This document shows, in pieces, positions 12,117-22,555 of a stretch of DNA of 64,000 nt (its first letter is position 1; every line of letters starts with the position of its first letter). The position numbers and the translations under genes are program-made. The stretch covers positions 288,001-352,000 of the forward strand of contig CBDHDF010000010.1 of the NCBI GenBank assembly GCA_965261545.1. Direction: 5' to 3'. This DNA comes from Bdellovibrionales bacterium (GTDB taxonomy: Bacteria; Bdellovibrionota; Bdellovibrionia; Bdellovibrionales; UBA1609). Below the pieces are notes generated by a model. It did not search any database, had not been told where the DNA came from, and was given only the letters and a program-made list of their open reading frames with translations.

Positions 12117-15038
12117 TTAAAGTTGAATACAAGCATCAATAATGTCTTGCTGCTCTGTTCTGTGAACTTTGGGTGAACCCGTAGCGGGACTCGCCCGCTC
12201 TGTTCGTCCCAAGTAACCAACTTCCACTTCATGAAACCCCACACTTCCCAATAAATCCCTAAGACGTGGTGCCATAAACATACTGGCTCCCATGTTCTGA
12301 GGTTCCTCTTGAACCCAGAGAACTTTCTTAAGGTTTGTAAACCTACTAATGATAGGAGCCAGTTGCACCTTCGGGAAGGGATAGAACTGCTCCACTCTTA
12401 CAACAGCCTTTCGAGCAAAGTCGGCCCCATGGGCTTCGCGAGCTTCCTGAATTTCATAATATATTTTGCCTGAACAAAAAAAGAGTGACTCCACATTACT
12501 GGGGTGAACCGTATTATCCTCAATCACCTCTTGGAAATGTCCTTCAGAAAATTCACTCAAAGGCGACACCACCTTGGGGTGCCGCAAAAGAGACTTAGGA
12601 GACATAATCACAAGAGGTTTTCTAATCTCCCGAATGGTTTGCCGGCGCAGAGCATGAAAGAGATTTGAAGGTGTTGTCAAATTGCAAACCTGCATATTAT
12701 CCTGACCGCAAAGTTGCAAGAACCTCTCAAGCTTTGCACTGGAATGCTCTGGCCCCTGCCCCTCATACCCATGTGGTAATAACAGAGTCAGCCCGTTGTA
12801 CCTAGTCCACTTTTGCTCTCCACTGGATATGAACTGGTCAATGATAATCTGAGCCCCATTGGCAAAATCGCCAAACTGAGCTTCCCAAATGGAAAGAAAC
12901 ATAGGGTCTACAACGGCATTCCCATATTCAAAACCTAATACCGCTATTTCTGAAAGAGAGCTATTATAAATGCAAAATTCCCCCTGATCGAGGTTCAAAG
13001 TGGACAAAGGGCAATACTCCTCACCTGTTTTTTGGTCAAAGTAAACCGCATGGCGATGAGAAAAAGTCCCTCTTTTACAATCTTGGCCCGAAATGCGAAT
13101 AGGAGTTCCCTCCTCCCGCAAACTTGCATAGGCCAAAAGCTCCCCCATTCCCCAGTCCACCACTCCTTGCTCCATCATCTTTTTGCGATTTTTAATCAAA
13201 CGCTTCAATTTTGAATTGATTGTAAAAGAGGAAGGAGGTTCCTGCGTTAACACTTCACTGACTTTGAGAAGTTTCTCCTTGGGGTATTTGGTATGGGCAA
13301 TGGTTTCAAAATCCTCGGGGCAACTCCTTCTCAATCCACTCCAAAGCTTTGCAAAAGCTAAGGGCTGTATTTCAGGAGGATTTTCTCGTGTATCATCTAA
13401 AATTTTTTGCAAACTATTGATTCTCTCTTTGTAGTAAAGCTTGGCCTCCTCCTCTGTAAGAATCGACTGGCGCACCAATTCACGGGTGTAAATGGTCTTT
13501 AGGGTGGGGTGTTTTTTAATTTTGGAATACATCTGGGGCTGAGTAAACATGGGCTCATCCCCCTCATTGTGACCAAATCGTCTATAACAAATCATATCAA
13601 TAACAACATCTTGACGAAATTTCTGCCGAAAGCGAATAGCCATATCCATAGCTCTCACACAAGCCAGCACATCGTCTCCGTTGACGAGAATGACAGGGGC
13701 ATTGATCGACTTAGCCACATCCGAACTGTATCGAGTCGACCTTCCATCTTTGGAATCGGTGGTAAAACCCACCTGATTATTAACAATCACATGAACACTT
13801 CCCCCCACCCTGTAGCCATCTAGTTGAGATATCTGCAAAGTTTCACTGATGACACCCTGACCACTAAAAGCGGCATCTCCATGAATGAGAATGGGAACAA
13901 CTTTTTTGCGCTCCTGGGTATCCTGCCGCCTTCTTTGCTTCGCTCGTACCATGCCACAAACAACGGGAGTGACGCACTCTAAATGGCTGGGGTTAAAGGC
14001 CAATGAAATATGGCAGTCTCCATGGGGAGTTTTTTTGTCAGAAGAGTAACCCATATGATACTTAACATCCCCATCATAACCCGTATCGTCGATGACAATT
14101 CCATCAAAATCGGCAAAGATCATATTGAGCGCCTTGTCCATAAAGTTTGCCAAGACATTGATCCTTCCCCTATGAGCCATTCCCAGAACCAGTTCTTCAA
14201 CGCCCAAACAGGTCCCTATGGTTACAGAGTGCTCCAACATGGGCAAAAGAGCGTCTCCCCCTTCGATGGAAAAACGCTTGGTTCCCACATAGCGAGCATG
14301 AATGAACTGTTCTAGAGCCTCTGTTTTTGCAAGAGAATGAAAAATGAAAAGTTTCTCTTCTGCACTTAGCTGAAAACTTGAGGAATCCATTTCCATTTCA
14401 TTGAGAAACCAAGACCTCACCAATGGCTCACAGCCCGCCACATGAATGGCTAAGGTGCCAGAGTACTTCTCCCTCAAACTGCGAGCCACGTCCTCAAGGG
14501 ACCCCCCTTGAGTCTGCATAAGATGGTCCACACTCAAAACCCCTAAATTACTACTATTATCTGAATGCTGTTCTAAGTGCTGTATATTAATTTCACTGAA
14601 GTTAAAACTTTCTTCTTCAAGTGGAGTTGGTGCCAGTGGATTTAAGTGAGCTTTAAGATGTCCATAGTCTCGGTAATGCTCCACAAGCCGAAACATCATG
14701 TACTTTTCATGTTCATCCAAAACAGATGCCGAAGGTGCTGAAGAGGCTGGCGATGCTGGCATCGAGCCTAAGCTTGTTGAGGTTGAATCTAAAACCAAAG
14801 CTGATGAGGCTGACGCCGCTGAAGCCAATGAAGTTGAATGTGGAGTGAGTTGGAGTGAGCCGTTGGCCGCTTCCTCCCCCACACCCCGGCCTATATTAGG
14901 CAGCACCTCACCCAAGGAGGCTATTTCAAAAAAATGACGCCATTGAGCATCAACGCTCTGAGGATTTAACTTAAATTTGTGATACTGATCCTCCAAGTAC
15001 TCAAGATTGGCAGGACTCAGGTGACTTAAATCTTCCAA
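12117..15038 (-). CDS. sucA: 2-oxoglutarate dehydrogenase E1
   Basis: GMAHRGRINVL, HGDAAFSGQG, GHNEGDEP, WEAQFGDF, LPHGYEGQGPEHSS. Confidence 0.97.
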   Translation of the reverse strand: MEDLSHLSPANLEYLEDQYHKFKLNPQSVDAQWRHFFEIASLGEVLPNIGRGVGEEAANGSLQLTPHSTSLASAASASSALVLDSTSTSLGSMPASPASSAPSASVLDEHEKYMMFRLVEHYRDYGHLKAHLNPLAPTPLEEESFNFSEINIQHLEQHSDNSSNLGVLSVDHLMQTQGGSLEDVARSLREKYSGTLAIHVAGCEPLVRSWFLNEMEMDSSSFQLSAEEKLFIFHSLAKTEALEQFIHARYVGTKRFSIEGGDALLPMLEHSVTIGTCLGVEELVLGMAHRGRINVLANFMDKALNMIFADFDGIVIDDTGYDGDVKYHMGYSSDKKTPHGDCHISLAFNPSHLECVTPVVCGMVRAKQRRRQDTQERKKVVPILIHGDAAFSGQGVISETLQISQLDGYRVGGSVHVIVNNQVGFTTDSKDGRSTRYSSDVAKSINAPVILVNGDDVLACVRAMDMAIRFRQKFRQDVVIDMICYRRFGHNEGDEPMFTQPQMYSKIKKHPTLKTIYTRELVRQSILTEEEAKLYYKERINSLQKILDDTRENPPEIQPLAFAKLWSGLRRSCPEDFETIAHTKYPKEKLLKVSEVLTQEPPSSFTINSKLKRLIKNRKKMMEQGVVDWGMGELLAYASLREEGTPIRISGQDCKRGTFSHRHAVYFDQKTGEEYCPLSTLNLDQGEFCIYNSSLSEIAVLGFEYGNAVVDPMFLSIWEAQFGDFANGAQIIIDQFISSGEQKWTRYNGLTLLLPHGYEGQGPEHSSAKLERFLQLCGQDNMQVCNLTTPSNLFHALRRQTIREIRKPLVIMSPKSLLRHPKVVSPLSEFSEGHFQEVIEDNTVHPSNVESLFFCSGKIYYEIQEAREAHGADFARKAVVRVEQFYPFPKVQLAPIISRFTNLKKVLWVQEEPQNMGASMFMAPRLRDLLGSVGFHEVEVGYLGRTERASPATGSPKVHRTEQQDIIDACIQL

Positions 15039-15277
15039 GGAAACCCCATTTACTACTTAAGATTAAAGCTAATGCAGCTAAGGCTACAGTTAATACTAAA
15101 ACTATTAATACTAAAACTATGGTTAGTACAGTAAGACTATAGTATTGCTATACTTTTTTCACTTCCTCTAGTATAGCAGGGACCACAAAGAACCCATAGA
15201 GAACAATAGATATGGCGCAAAGCTTCAAGACTCTCGGCAGGATACTCTAGAGCACAAGAAAATCAATGTTAGTTCCA

Positions 15278-18200
15278 TTAGCTCAAAATACAGGGAGGCT
15301 CAGGTACTTTCACAATGCGGGCTAGGGGGTAGATCACGGCCTGATGGATTTGGCCTTGAACACCGTAGGCTCTGAGGGCCTGTTCATAGAAGGCAAGCTG
15401 TTGAAAGGCTTGTTCTAAATATTTTTGAGACCCCGATTTATAGTCAATAATCCAGGTTTCTTTATATCCATGGGAATTTTCAATTTCTCCCCAAAGATCA
15501 ATGACTCCCTCGACAATCCCATGGGGCGCTTGTTCCATAACCCTATGGGATGACGGCCCATTCACTTTGTGGGCCGTTGTCTCCGTAACTTCATTGTTCC
15601 TTCTTTTCCTTCTTTCGGTCAAATCTTCTTTTTTTTGTAATGGCATTTTTTGCATTTGCATTTGAAAGCCCCATTCCACAAAACCTATCTTGAGCAGATG
15701 CTTCATGGGAGGTGTTTTTATGTTTTGTACAAAATCAATCGCAGCTAGAAATTCATGGGCACGCTCTCCAAACCATCGCTTTGCCCAAGGTGAGTCATCC
15801 TTATTTATACCATAGCGTAAAGATTCCATTGCTTTGTGAAGTAAAATGCCATCGTTTGAACTTTGTATCATTGAGGTAAATTGTTGATCGACTCCCTTCC
15901 ATTTTGGAGGCTGTTTTTCTTTCTGATCCCTTTGATTCTTTGAATCGGGTTGTTTTGTCAGAAGTTCCTTTTGAGGTGGGCACAAAAGATCACTGACAGA
16001 TATTTTAAGATTTGGTGATTTTTTTTTCAAAGGGTTTGTGTAGGGTTTTCTGATTTTGATTTCAGGTATTGGGTTATGCAGGGGTTCACGAGCCCTGCCA
16101 TGCGATCCTGGTTCTTTAGGCGATTTTGATTCTTTATGCAATTTTGGATTCTCATCTGGACTTCTTTTTATTTCCCAGGAATAATTTTGTTCAGTGATGA
16201 TTCCTTCTTGCCTTGTAATATATATTTTTTCAGCCCAAGATCCTTTGAGTTTTGTCTTTGAGTCTGTCCAAGATAAAAATACACTTTCCTCTGCGCGTGT
16301 GAGAGCCACATAGAGCAATCGATGGGTTTCTTGGGCTTCACGTTGGGAGAGCTTTTTGAAAAGATCGAGAGCGACTGGCGAGTGGCTCATTTTTTTTTCG
16401 TCACCGAGGGGAATAGATAAAGTCCATTTCTGTTTTTGTTCATCGACGTTGATAAGAGGTTTCTTGCTGGCATTTTCCGTAAGCTGGAGTTTACTATCCG
16501 TTCGAGGTAAAATGACATGCTTAAACTTAAGGCCCTTGGAGGCGTGAACAGTCATAAGATTAATGGATTGAGGTTCTAGGCAGGCCACAGCGTTACCATC
16601 CTCGACCCAATCTCCATTCCATATATGATTGACAAATTTTAAATAATGAAAGCCCGGGCGGCGCTCTTCGGCATCCAAGTGGGTGATGAGTTTCCACAGG
16701 TTGGATTCTCTTCTTCCACTGGGGTCATGGCACCTTGATAGATCAAAAAAACCTCTTTCCACAAGTGTTTTTTTAAAAGACACACTAATTCCCTCAACCG
16801 TCATTCTCTGTAAAAGTTGGTAGAGAGTTTGCACACTTTTGTGGTGTTTCAGGGTCGATGACTCCGGTGAGCTTGAGAAACTTGATGAATTCGAAGAAAA
16901 GATATTCCAATAGGATGATTTGGAATACTTATGACGTGCAATCTCATTGATTATGGTGGAGTCATCGACATAAAACCAAGGGGATCTCAACAAGTGGATG
17001 AGGTTAAAGTTGTCGTGGGGATTGAGCATAAACTTTAACAATGACAGAGCATCGACAATCTCTCTCCTTTCATGAAAGCCACTGGAGGTATGAATATGAG
17101 TGGGCAACCCCTTGGAGTCTAGAAATGAAGCTAATTCTTTGAGGTGATTGTGGGTTCTTGCAAGGAGGCAAATTCCATCATAGCTTTCTCCTTGATCTAA
17201 AAGATTATAAATATGATTAAGAATCATTTTGTTTTCATTTTCTTTGGGAGAATTTTCTTGGTTTTTGTTTGGAGGAGTTGCAATGGCAAAGGTGGCGACC
17301 ACTTTTTGAGGGCAAATTTTCTGTCCTTTTTTCGATTTCATGGGGTTAAAATTTGAGGAAATTTTAGGGAAAAAATCATTGAAAAAATAGACAAGTTCAG
17401 GTCGAGAGCGATAGTTTGTGTCCAGAAAATTGAGTTGACCTCCTGTTTCAAGGGTACTTTTTTCTTTAAGATCAAAGACTTCACTGCGAGCACCTCGAAA
17501 TAAATAAATACTTTGCTGTGGGTCGCCGACAATGAAATAAGGTCTATCTCCCATAAGTCGACTTAAAATTTCTACCTGAAGGGGACTTGTGTCTTGGTAC
17601 TCATCCACAAACCAGTAGTCCCATTCTTTAGAGAATATTTCGGCAATTTGAGGTTCTTGTTTTGAAATTTGATGGGTTAGAAGCCCTAGGTCGGAGATAT
17701 CAAATTGTCCAGTTTGTTTCTTTAATAATTGAAATTCTTTTGTAAAAATCTGAGAGAGTTGATTAAGGTTGCATGAGAATTGGTCAAATATTTTCCAATG
17801 AAAGGGGTCATAGGAGGGTTCTTTTATATCTTTTTTAAGTTTCTCCAAAATTTTTTTGAGTTGACTGTCTGTACGTGTGTTAGCGATTTGGTTGTTTCCC
17901 TGTTTGGGACAGAAGGGTTTTCGAGGCAATGCGTCCACACACTCAGCAATGTGATTCCAACTTCCAATCTCCCTTTCTTGCTCAATCCAATCCTTTTGTT
18001 CAACTCCGTCCTTTTTCTCAATACCTTTTTTTAGGGATTGCAAAATTCCATTTAAATAAGCTTTGTACTCCATCCATTTTAAAGAATTAAATTCAGTCAT
18101 TTTGGAGAGCAACTGCTGAATATCTTGGGCGTATGCCCTGAGGGACTCTTCAACAATTATTCTAAAATCAGAGGAATGAAACATTTTTAAGTCTGAAAAC

Positions 18201-18751
18201 TCCAAACGAAATCTGAAAAGTTCTATGAGAAGGTTGGTTAGTTTTTGAAAGCCATAGGCTTCCACCAGAGGGTAAAATGGTTTGGATTCTTCTCGAAATA
18301 AGATTTGGCGCAGGGTTTTTTTGGCCAAACTATGGGACTCATAGGTGGAGACTGTGGTGAATTGACTGTCCCAACCTAGCAAGTGACCATAGCTTCGTAG
18401 AAAGTGACTAAAAACTCCATCGAGAGTAGAGATGCGAAGTTGGGAGGGTGACGAAACATATTCCAGGAGCTCTAAAGCTTCTTTTGATTCTGCCAATGTA
18501 CAATTTTGGCTTGTTTTCATGGTGCAGGCCTTGGTGATAAGTCTTTCACGCAACTCTTGGGTGGCTTTTTTGGTGAATGTGGTGACAATGATTCGAGGCC
18601 AAGAGCCATGGTGATTGTGGTAATCTTTGGCCACCTTGAGGACTCGCTCTGTGAGCTTTGTCGTTTTGCCTGCGCCCGCACCTGCGCGAACCATTTCTTT
18701 TAATTCAAATGAGGAGCTCGACACATTTTTCTCCAATGACATTCTCGACAA
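15278..18751 (-). CDS. addA: UvrD-family helicase-nuclease, AddA-like
   Basis: AGAGAGKT, VDEYQDTS, VGDPQQSIYLFRGA, TVHASKGL, YVALTRA, C-terminal GVID..IIDYKSG nuclease; start uncertain because it overlaps the addB stop. Confidence 0.85.
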   Translation of the reverse strand: MSRMSLEKNVSSSSFELKEMVRAGAGAGKTTKLTERVLKVAKDYHNHHGSWPRIIVTTFTKKATQELRERLITKACTMKTSQNCTLAESKEALELLEYVSSPSQLRISTLDGVFSHFLRSYGHLLGWDSQFTTVSTYESHSLAKKTLRQILFREESKPFYPLVEAYGFQKLTNLLIELFRFRLEFSDLKMFHSSDFRIIVEESLRAYAQDIQQLLSKMTEFNSLKWMEYKAYLNGILQSLKKGIEKKDGVEQKDWIEQEREIGSWNHIAECVDALPRKPFCPKQGNNQIANTRTDSQLKKILEKLKKDIKEPSYDPFHWKIFDQFSCNLNQLSQIFTKEFQLLKKQTGQFDISDLGLLTHQISKQEPQIAEIFSKEWDYWFVDEYQDTSPLQVEILSRLMGDRPYFIVGDPQQSIYLFRGARSEVFDLKEKSTLETGGQLNFLDTNYRSRPELVYFFNDFFPKISSNFNPMKSKKGQKICPQKVVATFAIATPPNKNQENSPKENENKMILNHIYNLLDQGESYDGICLLARTHNHLKELASFLDSKGLPTHIHTSSGFHERREIVDALSLLKFMLNPHDNFNLIHLLRSPWFYVDDSTIINEIARHKYSKSSYWNIFSSNSSSFSSSPESSTLKHHKSVQTLYQLLQRMTVEGISVSFKKTLVERGFFDLSRCHDPSGRRESNLWKLITHLDAEERRPGFHYLKFVNHIWNGDWVEDGNAVACLEPQSINLMTVHASKGLKFKHVILPRTDSKLQLTENASKKPLINVDEQKQKWTLSIPLGDEKKMSHSPVALDLFKKLSQREAQETHRLLYVALTRAEESVFLSWTDSKTKLKGSWAEKIYITRQEGIITEQNYSWEIKRSPDENPKLHKESKSPKEPGSHGRAREPLHNPIPEIKIRKPYTNPLKKKSPNLKISVSDLLCPPQKELLTKQPDSKNQRDQKEKQPPKWKGVDQQFTSMIQSSNDGILLHKAMESLRYGINKDDSPWAKRWFGERAHEFLAAIDFVQNIKTPPMKHLLKIGFVEWGFQMQMQKMPLQKKEDLTERRKRRNNEVTETTAHKVNGPSSHRVMEQAPHGIVEGVIDLWGEIENSHGYKETWIIDYKSGSQKYLEQAFQQLAFYEQALRAYGVQGQIHQAVIYPLARIVKVPEPPCILS

Positions 18752-21657
18752 CTTTTTGCATCCTTGGGAAGGGGGCGAAAGTCTCCGTCTTCAATGCGCT
18801 GAATGATTTCTTGAATTTTTGACATAACTTTATCTTGGTGCTTTTGAATCACAGACCAATTGTCATAGCAGTGGGCTTCTGTGGCTTCAAATAGATCGCC
18901 TCCTCGGTCTTTGGTGGCAAAACCCTTTTCTCGGCTCATATTGCGGCCCACATAGTAAAAGGCTGAAAGAACTTCTTGGGGACCTAGTTCAGTCCACCCA
19001 CCTTGAAGAGCTCTAGCATATATCGACAGCTGAAAAGAATCGTTCTTGGCCCAGGATTTAAAATTTGTTAAACCCCCAAGAGATAATTTATAATCCACCA
19101 CGGAAACTTCTGTGACAGGGGTTTTTGCCATAGGGTTCCTTGTTGCGGTTTCTGTTCTACAAGCCCCTGTGTCGGAGCCTCGATTGGTGTCTACCCTATC
19201 TATGCTTCCTTTAAATTCGTAGTCTCCAGAACCTGGGGCAGTAATATCTCCTTTTTTTAAATTCCAATCTGCCTTTAGGGGAATTTCCCTACCCTCAGTG
19301 CGCATTTTTGGAAAAGACTTTCTCAGTTTGATCTCTGATGTGATGAATTGTCGAGCCATTTTTAAGAGGCCAGGTTTAAAGAAATCCCAAATTCGTGGAT
19401 CCCATAGACTTCCTGAAGTGTGATTTTTCTGATTGTTAACACATGATTGGATGATTTGCATAAGTTCTGGATTTGTGTAGTTTTCTCGAAATGGAGGTTG
19501 GGTGAGTTTTTTAAAAATATCATGCATGACTTGTCCTTGTGTCAAAGCATCTAAGTCCATGTCGATGTTGGGGAGATTTTGGAGACAAAAAAGTTTGCGA
19601 GCCGCAAAGATAAATGGGCATTGGGCATAGTTCTGAAGAGTTGTTACGGATAGACTGGGCCTTTGATCGAGTTTTATTCTTCCTTGGGTCTTTTCTAAAG
19701 AGTGAGAATCACCTAAAGCATTTAATTGAATCTCATCCCACCGAGAGGGGGCGGGAGAACTCAAAGCTTCGAGGTCGTTGGGGGGTTGGAGAGTTTTGGG
19801 ATCGCTGGGAGCATTGGGATTTTTGGGCGCATAGGATTGAGTCATAGCTCCCTGGAGCCATAGGCGAGCGGGGCCTTCCACGGCACCTAAAAAATTACTG
19901 GACGAGACACTCACAACGATATCTTTCAAGGGGCTTTCTAGTAACCAGCGAATTTCAAACTCTTGCTTTTTAGGGTCTACAAAATCAATCACATATCCTG
20001 TATCTCGATGAATTTCTAAAACATCTTTGAAATCAATAGTTGTGCCTCCACGAGGTTTCAATTCCGATTCAGAGACCCCCATCATATAGACATATTTGCA
20101 CTTGCTGTGGATTCCCGATTCTATATTATTAAAGGGAATCCCATCTCCTGTGGGAGTTTTTTCTTTCATTTCAATGCGAGCGCAAAGCTCTTCTACATAG
20201 GCAATCCATTGACTTAATTTGAGGGAAAGGTGAGGCGGGGCATCTGCAAAGAGGAATTCACATAATAATTGAAAGGCACTTGTTTCGCCCCCCTTCCAAA
20301 GCGGAAAGGCGAGGGCGAAAAATTCATCCCTTTGAAGTCGCTTATTTTTTGGAAGCAACTTATTCCTCTGAGTGGATCCATCTTTCTGAGGTGTATGGTC
20401 TCCCTGAAGTGTATGGTCTTCCTGGAGAGAGTTTGATAATTTTTGAGCTATTCTTGGAAATCGCTTTAAATCTTCAGGGCCGTATATATTCTTAAAAATC
20501 CTGCGAATAAACTCAAATCCTTCTTCCAGGGGGGGGAGGGGAGGGGTAAATCCAGTTATCTCTATGTCTTCGTAGCTCACCTTTCCACTTCTTAACCGGA
20601 GCGAGGAAAGCCACCTTGAAATATCTAGGCGTGAGATAAGGGGTATGACAAGAGGCTTTTCGACCTCAATACCTTCTTGTTGAAAGTACAATCTTAAAAC
20701 TGTCCAATACACTTCAATATTGGGGGCGAGAACTGCAATTTCATGGGGTTGAGCCCCAGTATCTAGCCATTGACGAACTGTGGCTGTGGTGTCTTTGACC
20801 TCAGAGACCATGGTAGAAAATCGTCGAAAAGATGGTGGTCTCCTTGTCCATAAGTTTTCTGGAGGGTTAGTGATGAGGGAGGGTTCACAGGCATTGGTAT
20901 TGGCACAGGCATTAGTGGTCGTGTCGCCCATCGAAGGCTGTGGTGGGGTGGTTTTTGTTTTTGGAGCCAAAAGAGAATAGCCGAGCAAGCTTTCCTTGGT
21001 ATCTTCTGCCCATTGGGGCGCCGGCTTTAAAACTTCGATGTCATGCTTTTTTTGCATTTGAGAGAGAATGTCTGACTCCACGGGAGAAAGGTGATACCCT
21101 AGGTTTACAATCAGCTTTTTCTCCCACACAAGATGGCCCTCATAGATGCTTGCTAAATAAGCACGGACCCATGGGTTGGGAATAAGCTTGAGGGAGTCGA
21201 AGTATGTCCAGCAGTCAAGGGCTAATTGAAACCAATGTCCCCAGCGAATAATGGCATTGGGGTGATTCTCTAACCATGACTTCAATACATCGTTGTGAGA
21301 CTCACGACAAAGCAGGGGAAGCAATTGTTGAATATATTGGAAAACACTTGATGCCGCACGAGTTGTGCGAGCCCATGGGATATCAGCCTCCTCTAACCAT
21401 TTCATGATAAGAGATCTTGCAAGTGTTGGTGAAACCACCCTCATGTCAGGCTGGATTTTGAACAGTATTTTGATCCATAACTCATTGACCCTCAAAACAG
21501 CATCTTTTTCTAGGAAGGAATGCTTTTCCATGAGGTCTTTTTGAATATGTAGCTTTGTATTTAGGTCAGCCACCACCAAGGTCTCGTGGAGAGTGTCAAA
21601 ATTTTGACAGATTCCATGAAATTCATCATGGGTAGATATGTTTCGGATATGAGTCAT
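18700..21657 (-). CDS. addB: PD-(D/E)XK nuclease with Fe-S cluster, AddB-like
   Basis: YAQCPF, GSIDRVD, VDYK, QLSIY, C-terminal CRECHWRKMC; adjacent to addA. Confidence 0.8.
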   Translation of the reverse strand: MTHIRNISTHDEFHGICQNFDTLHETLVVADLNTKLHIQKDLMEKHSFLEKDAVLRVNELWIKILFKIQPDMRVVSPTLARSLIMKWLEEADIPWARTTRAASSVFQYIQQLLPLLCRESHNDVLKSWLENHPNAIIRWGHWFQLALDCWTYFDSLKLIPNPWVRAYLASIYEGHLVWEKKLIVNLGYHLSPVESDILSQMQKKHDIEVLKPAPQWAEDTKESLLGYSLLAPKTKTTPPQPSMGDTTTNACANTNACEPSLITNPPENLWTRRPPSFRRFSTMVSEVKDTTATVRQWLDTGAQPHEIAVLAPNIEVYWTVLRLYFQQEGIEVEKPLVIPLISRLDISRWLSSLRLRSGKVSYEDIEITGFTPPLPPLEEGFEFIRRIFKNIYGPEDLKRFPRIAQKLSNSLQEDHTLQGDHTPQKDGSTQRNKLLPKNKRLQRDEFFALAFPLWKGGETSAFQLLCEFLFADAPPHLSLKLSQWIAYVEELCARIEMKEKTPTGDGIPFNNIESGIHSKCKYVYMMGVSESELKPRGGTTIDFKDVLEIHRDTGYVIDFVDPKKQEFEIRWLLESPLKDIVVSVSSSNFLGAVEGPARLWLQGAMTQSYAPKNPNAPSDPKTLQPPNDLEALSSPAPSRWDEIQLNALGDSHSLEKTQGRIKLDQRPSLSVTTLQNYAQCPFIFAARKLFCLQNLPNIDMDLDALTQGQVMHDIFKKLTQPPFRENYTNPELMQIIQSCVNNQKNHTSGSLWDPRIWDFFKPGLLKMARQFITSEIKLRKSFPKMRTEGREIPLKADWNLKKGDITAPGSGDYEFKGSIDRVDTNRGSDTGACRTETATRNPMAKTPVTEVSVVDYKLSLGGLTNFKSWAKNDSFQLSIYARALQGGWTELGPQEVLSAFYYVGRNMSREKGFATKDRGGDLFEATEAHCYDNWSVIQKHQDKVMSKIQEIIQRIEDGDFRPLPKDAKSCRECHWRKMCRAPHLN

Positions 21658-21659
21658 TC

Positions 21660-22358
21660 CTAAAAAGTCTCTCCATGGGATTTTGAGTTCTGAGTCTTTG
21701 AATTCTGAGTTTCTGAATTTTGGGGCTTTGAATCCTGGAATTTTAAATACTGAACTGCATTTTTTACAGATAATTTTAATTTATTTATATCATAAGTGTT
21801 ATCTATAATAAAAGAAGCAAGTTTCTTTTTTTCTTCCAAGGGTGTTTGGCTTTGGATGCGTATTTGTGCTTGATTTTCTGTGTAGGAGTTTCGTTGCCTG
21901 AGTCGTTGCACTTGTTGCTTCAGGTGACAGTAGACCACAAGGATATGGTTGTACTGTTCTTGGAGATTCTTTTCAAAAAGCAAGGGGACGTCGTGAATGA
22001 CAAGCCTTGCTTCTTTGGCGGAAAAATCATCATATTTCTTTTGGGTCTGAGTGCGTACTATGGGATGGACAATGGATTCTAAGATTTTAAGTTGAGATGG
22101 GTTTGAAAACACTTTGTCTCCCAGTTGGGCGCGATCTATTTCTCCTTGTGAATTGAGAATATCAGAACCAAAGGCATCTATGACTTTGGTATAGGCTCCT
22201 CCTTTAGGGGACATAGCCTCCTTGGCCAAAAGGTCGGCATCGATAATGGGTATCCCTAGGTCCTGAAGCATTTTAGAAACAGTGGATTTTCCACTGGCAA
22301 TACCACCTGTAAGCCCCACCCACTGCGTATTTATGTTCACTTTTATATTTGTGTTCAC
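21660..22358 (-). CDS. coaE: Dephospho-CoA kinase
   Basis: GLTGGIASGKST, IIDAD, HP, DVPLLFE. Confidence 0.95.
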   Translation of the reverse strand: MNTNIKVNINTQWVGLTGGIASGKSTVSKMLQDLGIPIIDADLLAKEAMSPKGGAYTKVIDAFGSDILNSQGEIDRAQLGDKVFSNPSQLKILESIVHPIVRTQTQKKYDDFSAKEARLVIHDVPLLFEKNLQEQYNHILVVYCHLKQQVQRLRQRNSYTENQAQIRIQSQTPLEEKKKLASFIIDNTYDINKLKLSVKNAVQYLKFQDSKPQNSETQNSKTQNSKSHGETF

Positions 22359-22555
22359 TCTGTGTAAGACCTTAGGTGAGCTGTGGTGAATTGCGTTACA
22401 ATTGGCTTATAATTGATCTACAAAGGACTTTAGCAGACAATTGTAAAGCCCGATAGGAAAATGACAAGCTTAAGAGTACTGAGAAAGCGACTGAGTGGTA
22501 AGACGCTGAGAAATCTCTGAAAAAGTCCTGAGAAAAGTAAGGAGATGTTGGTTTT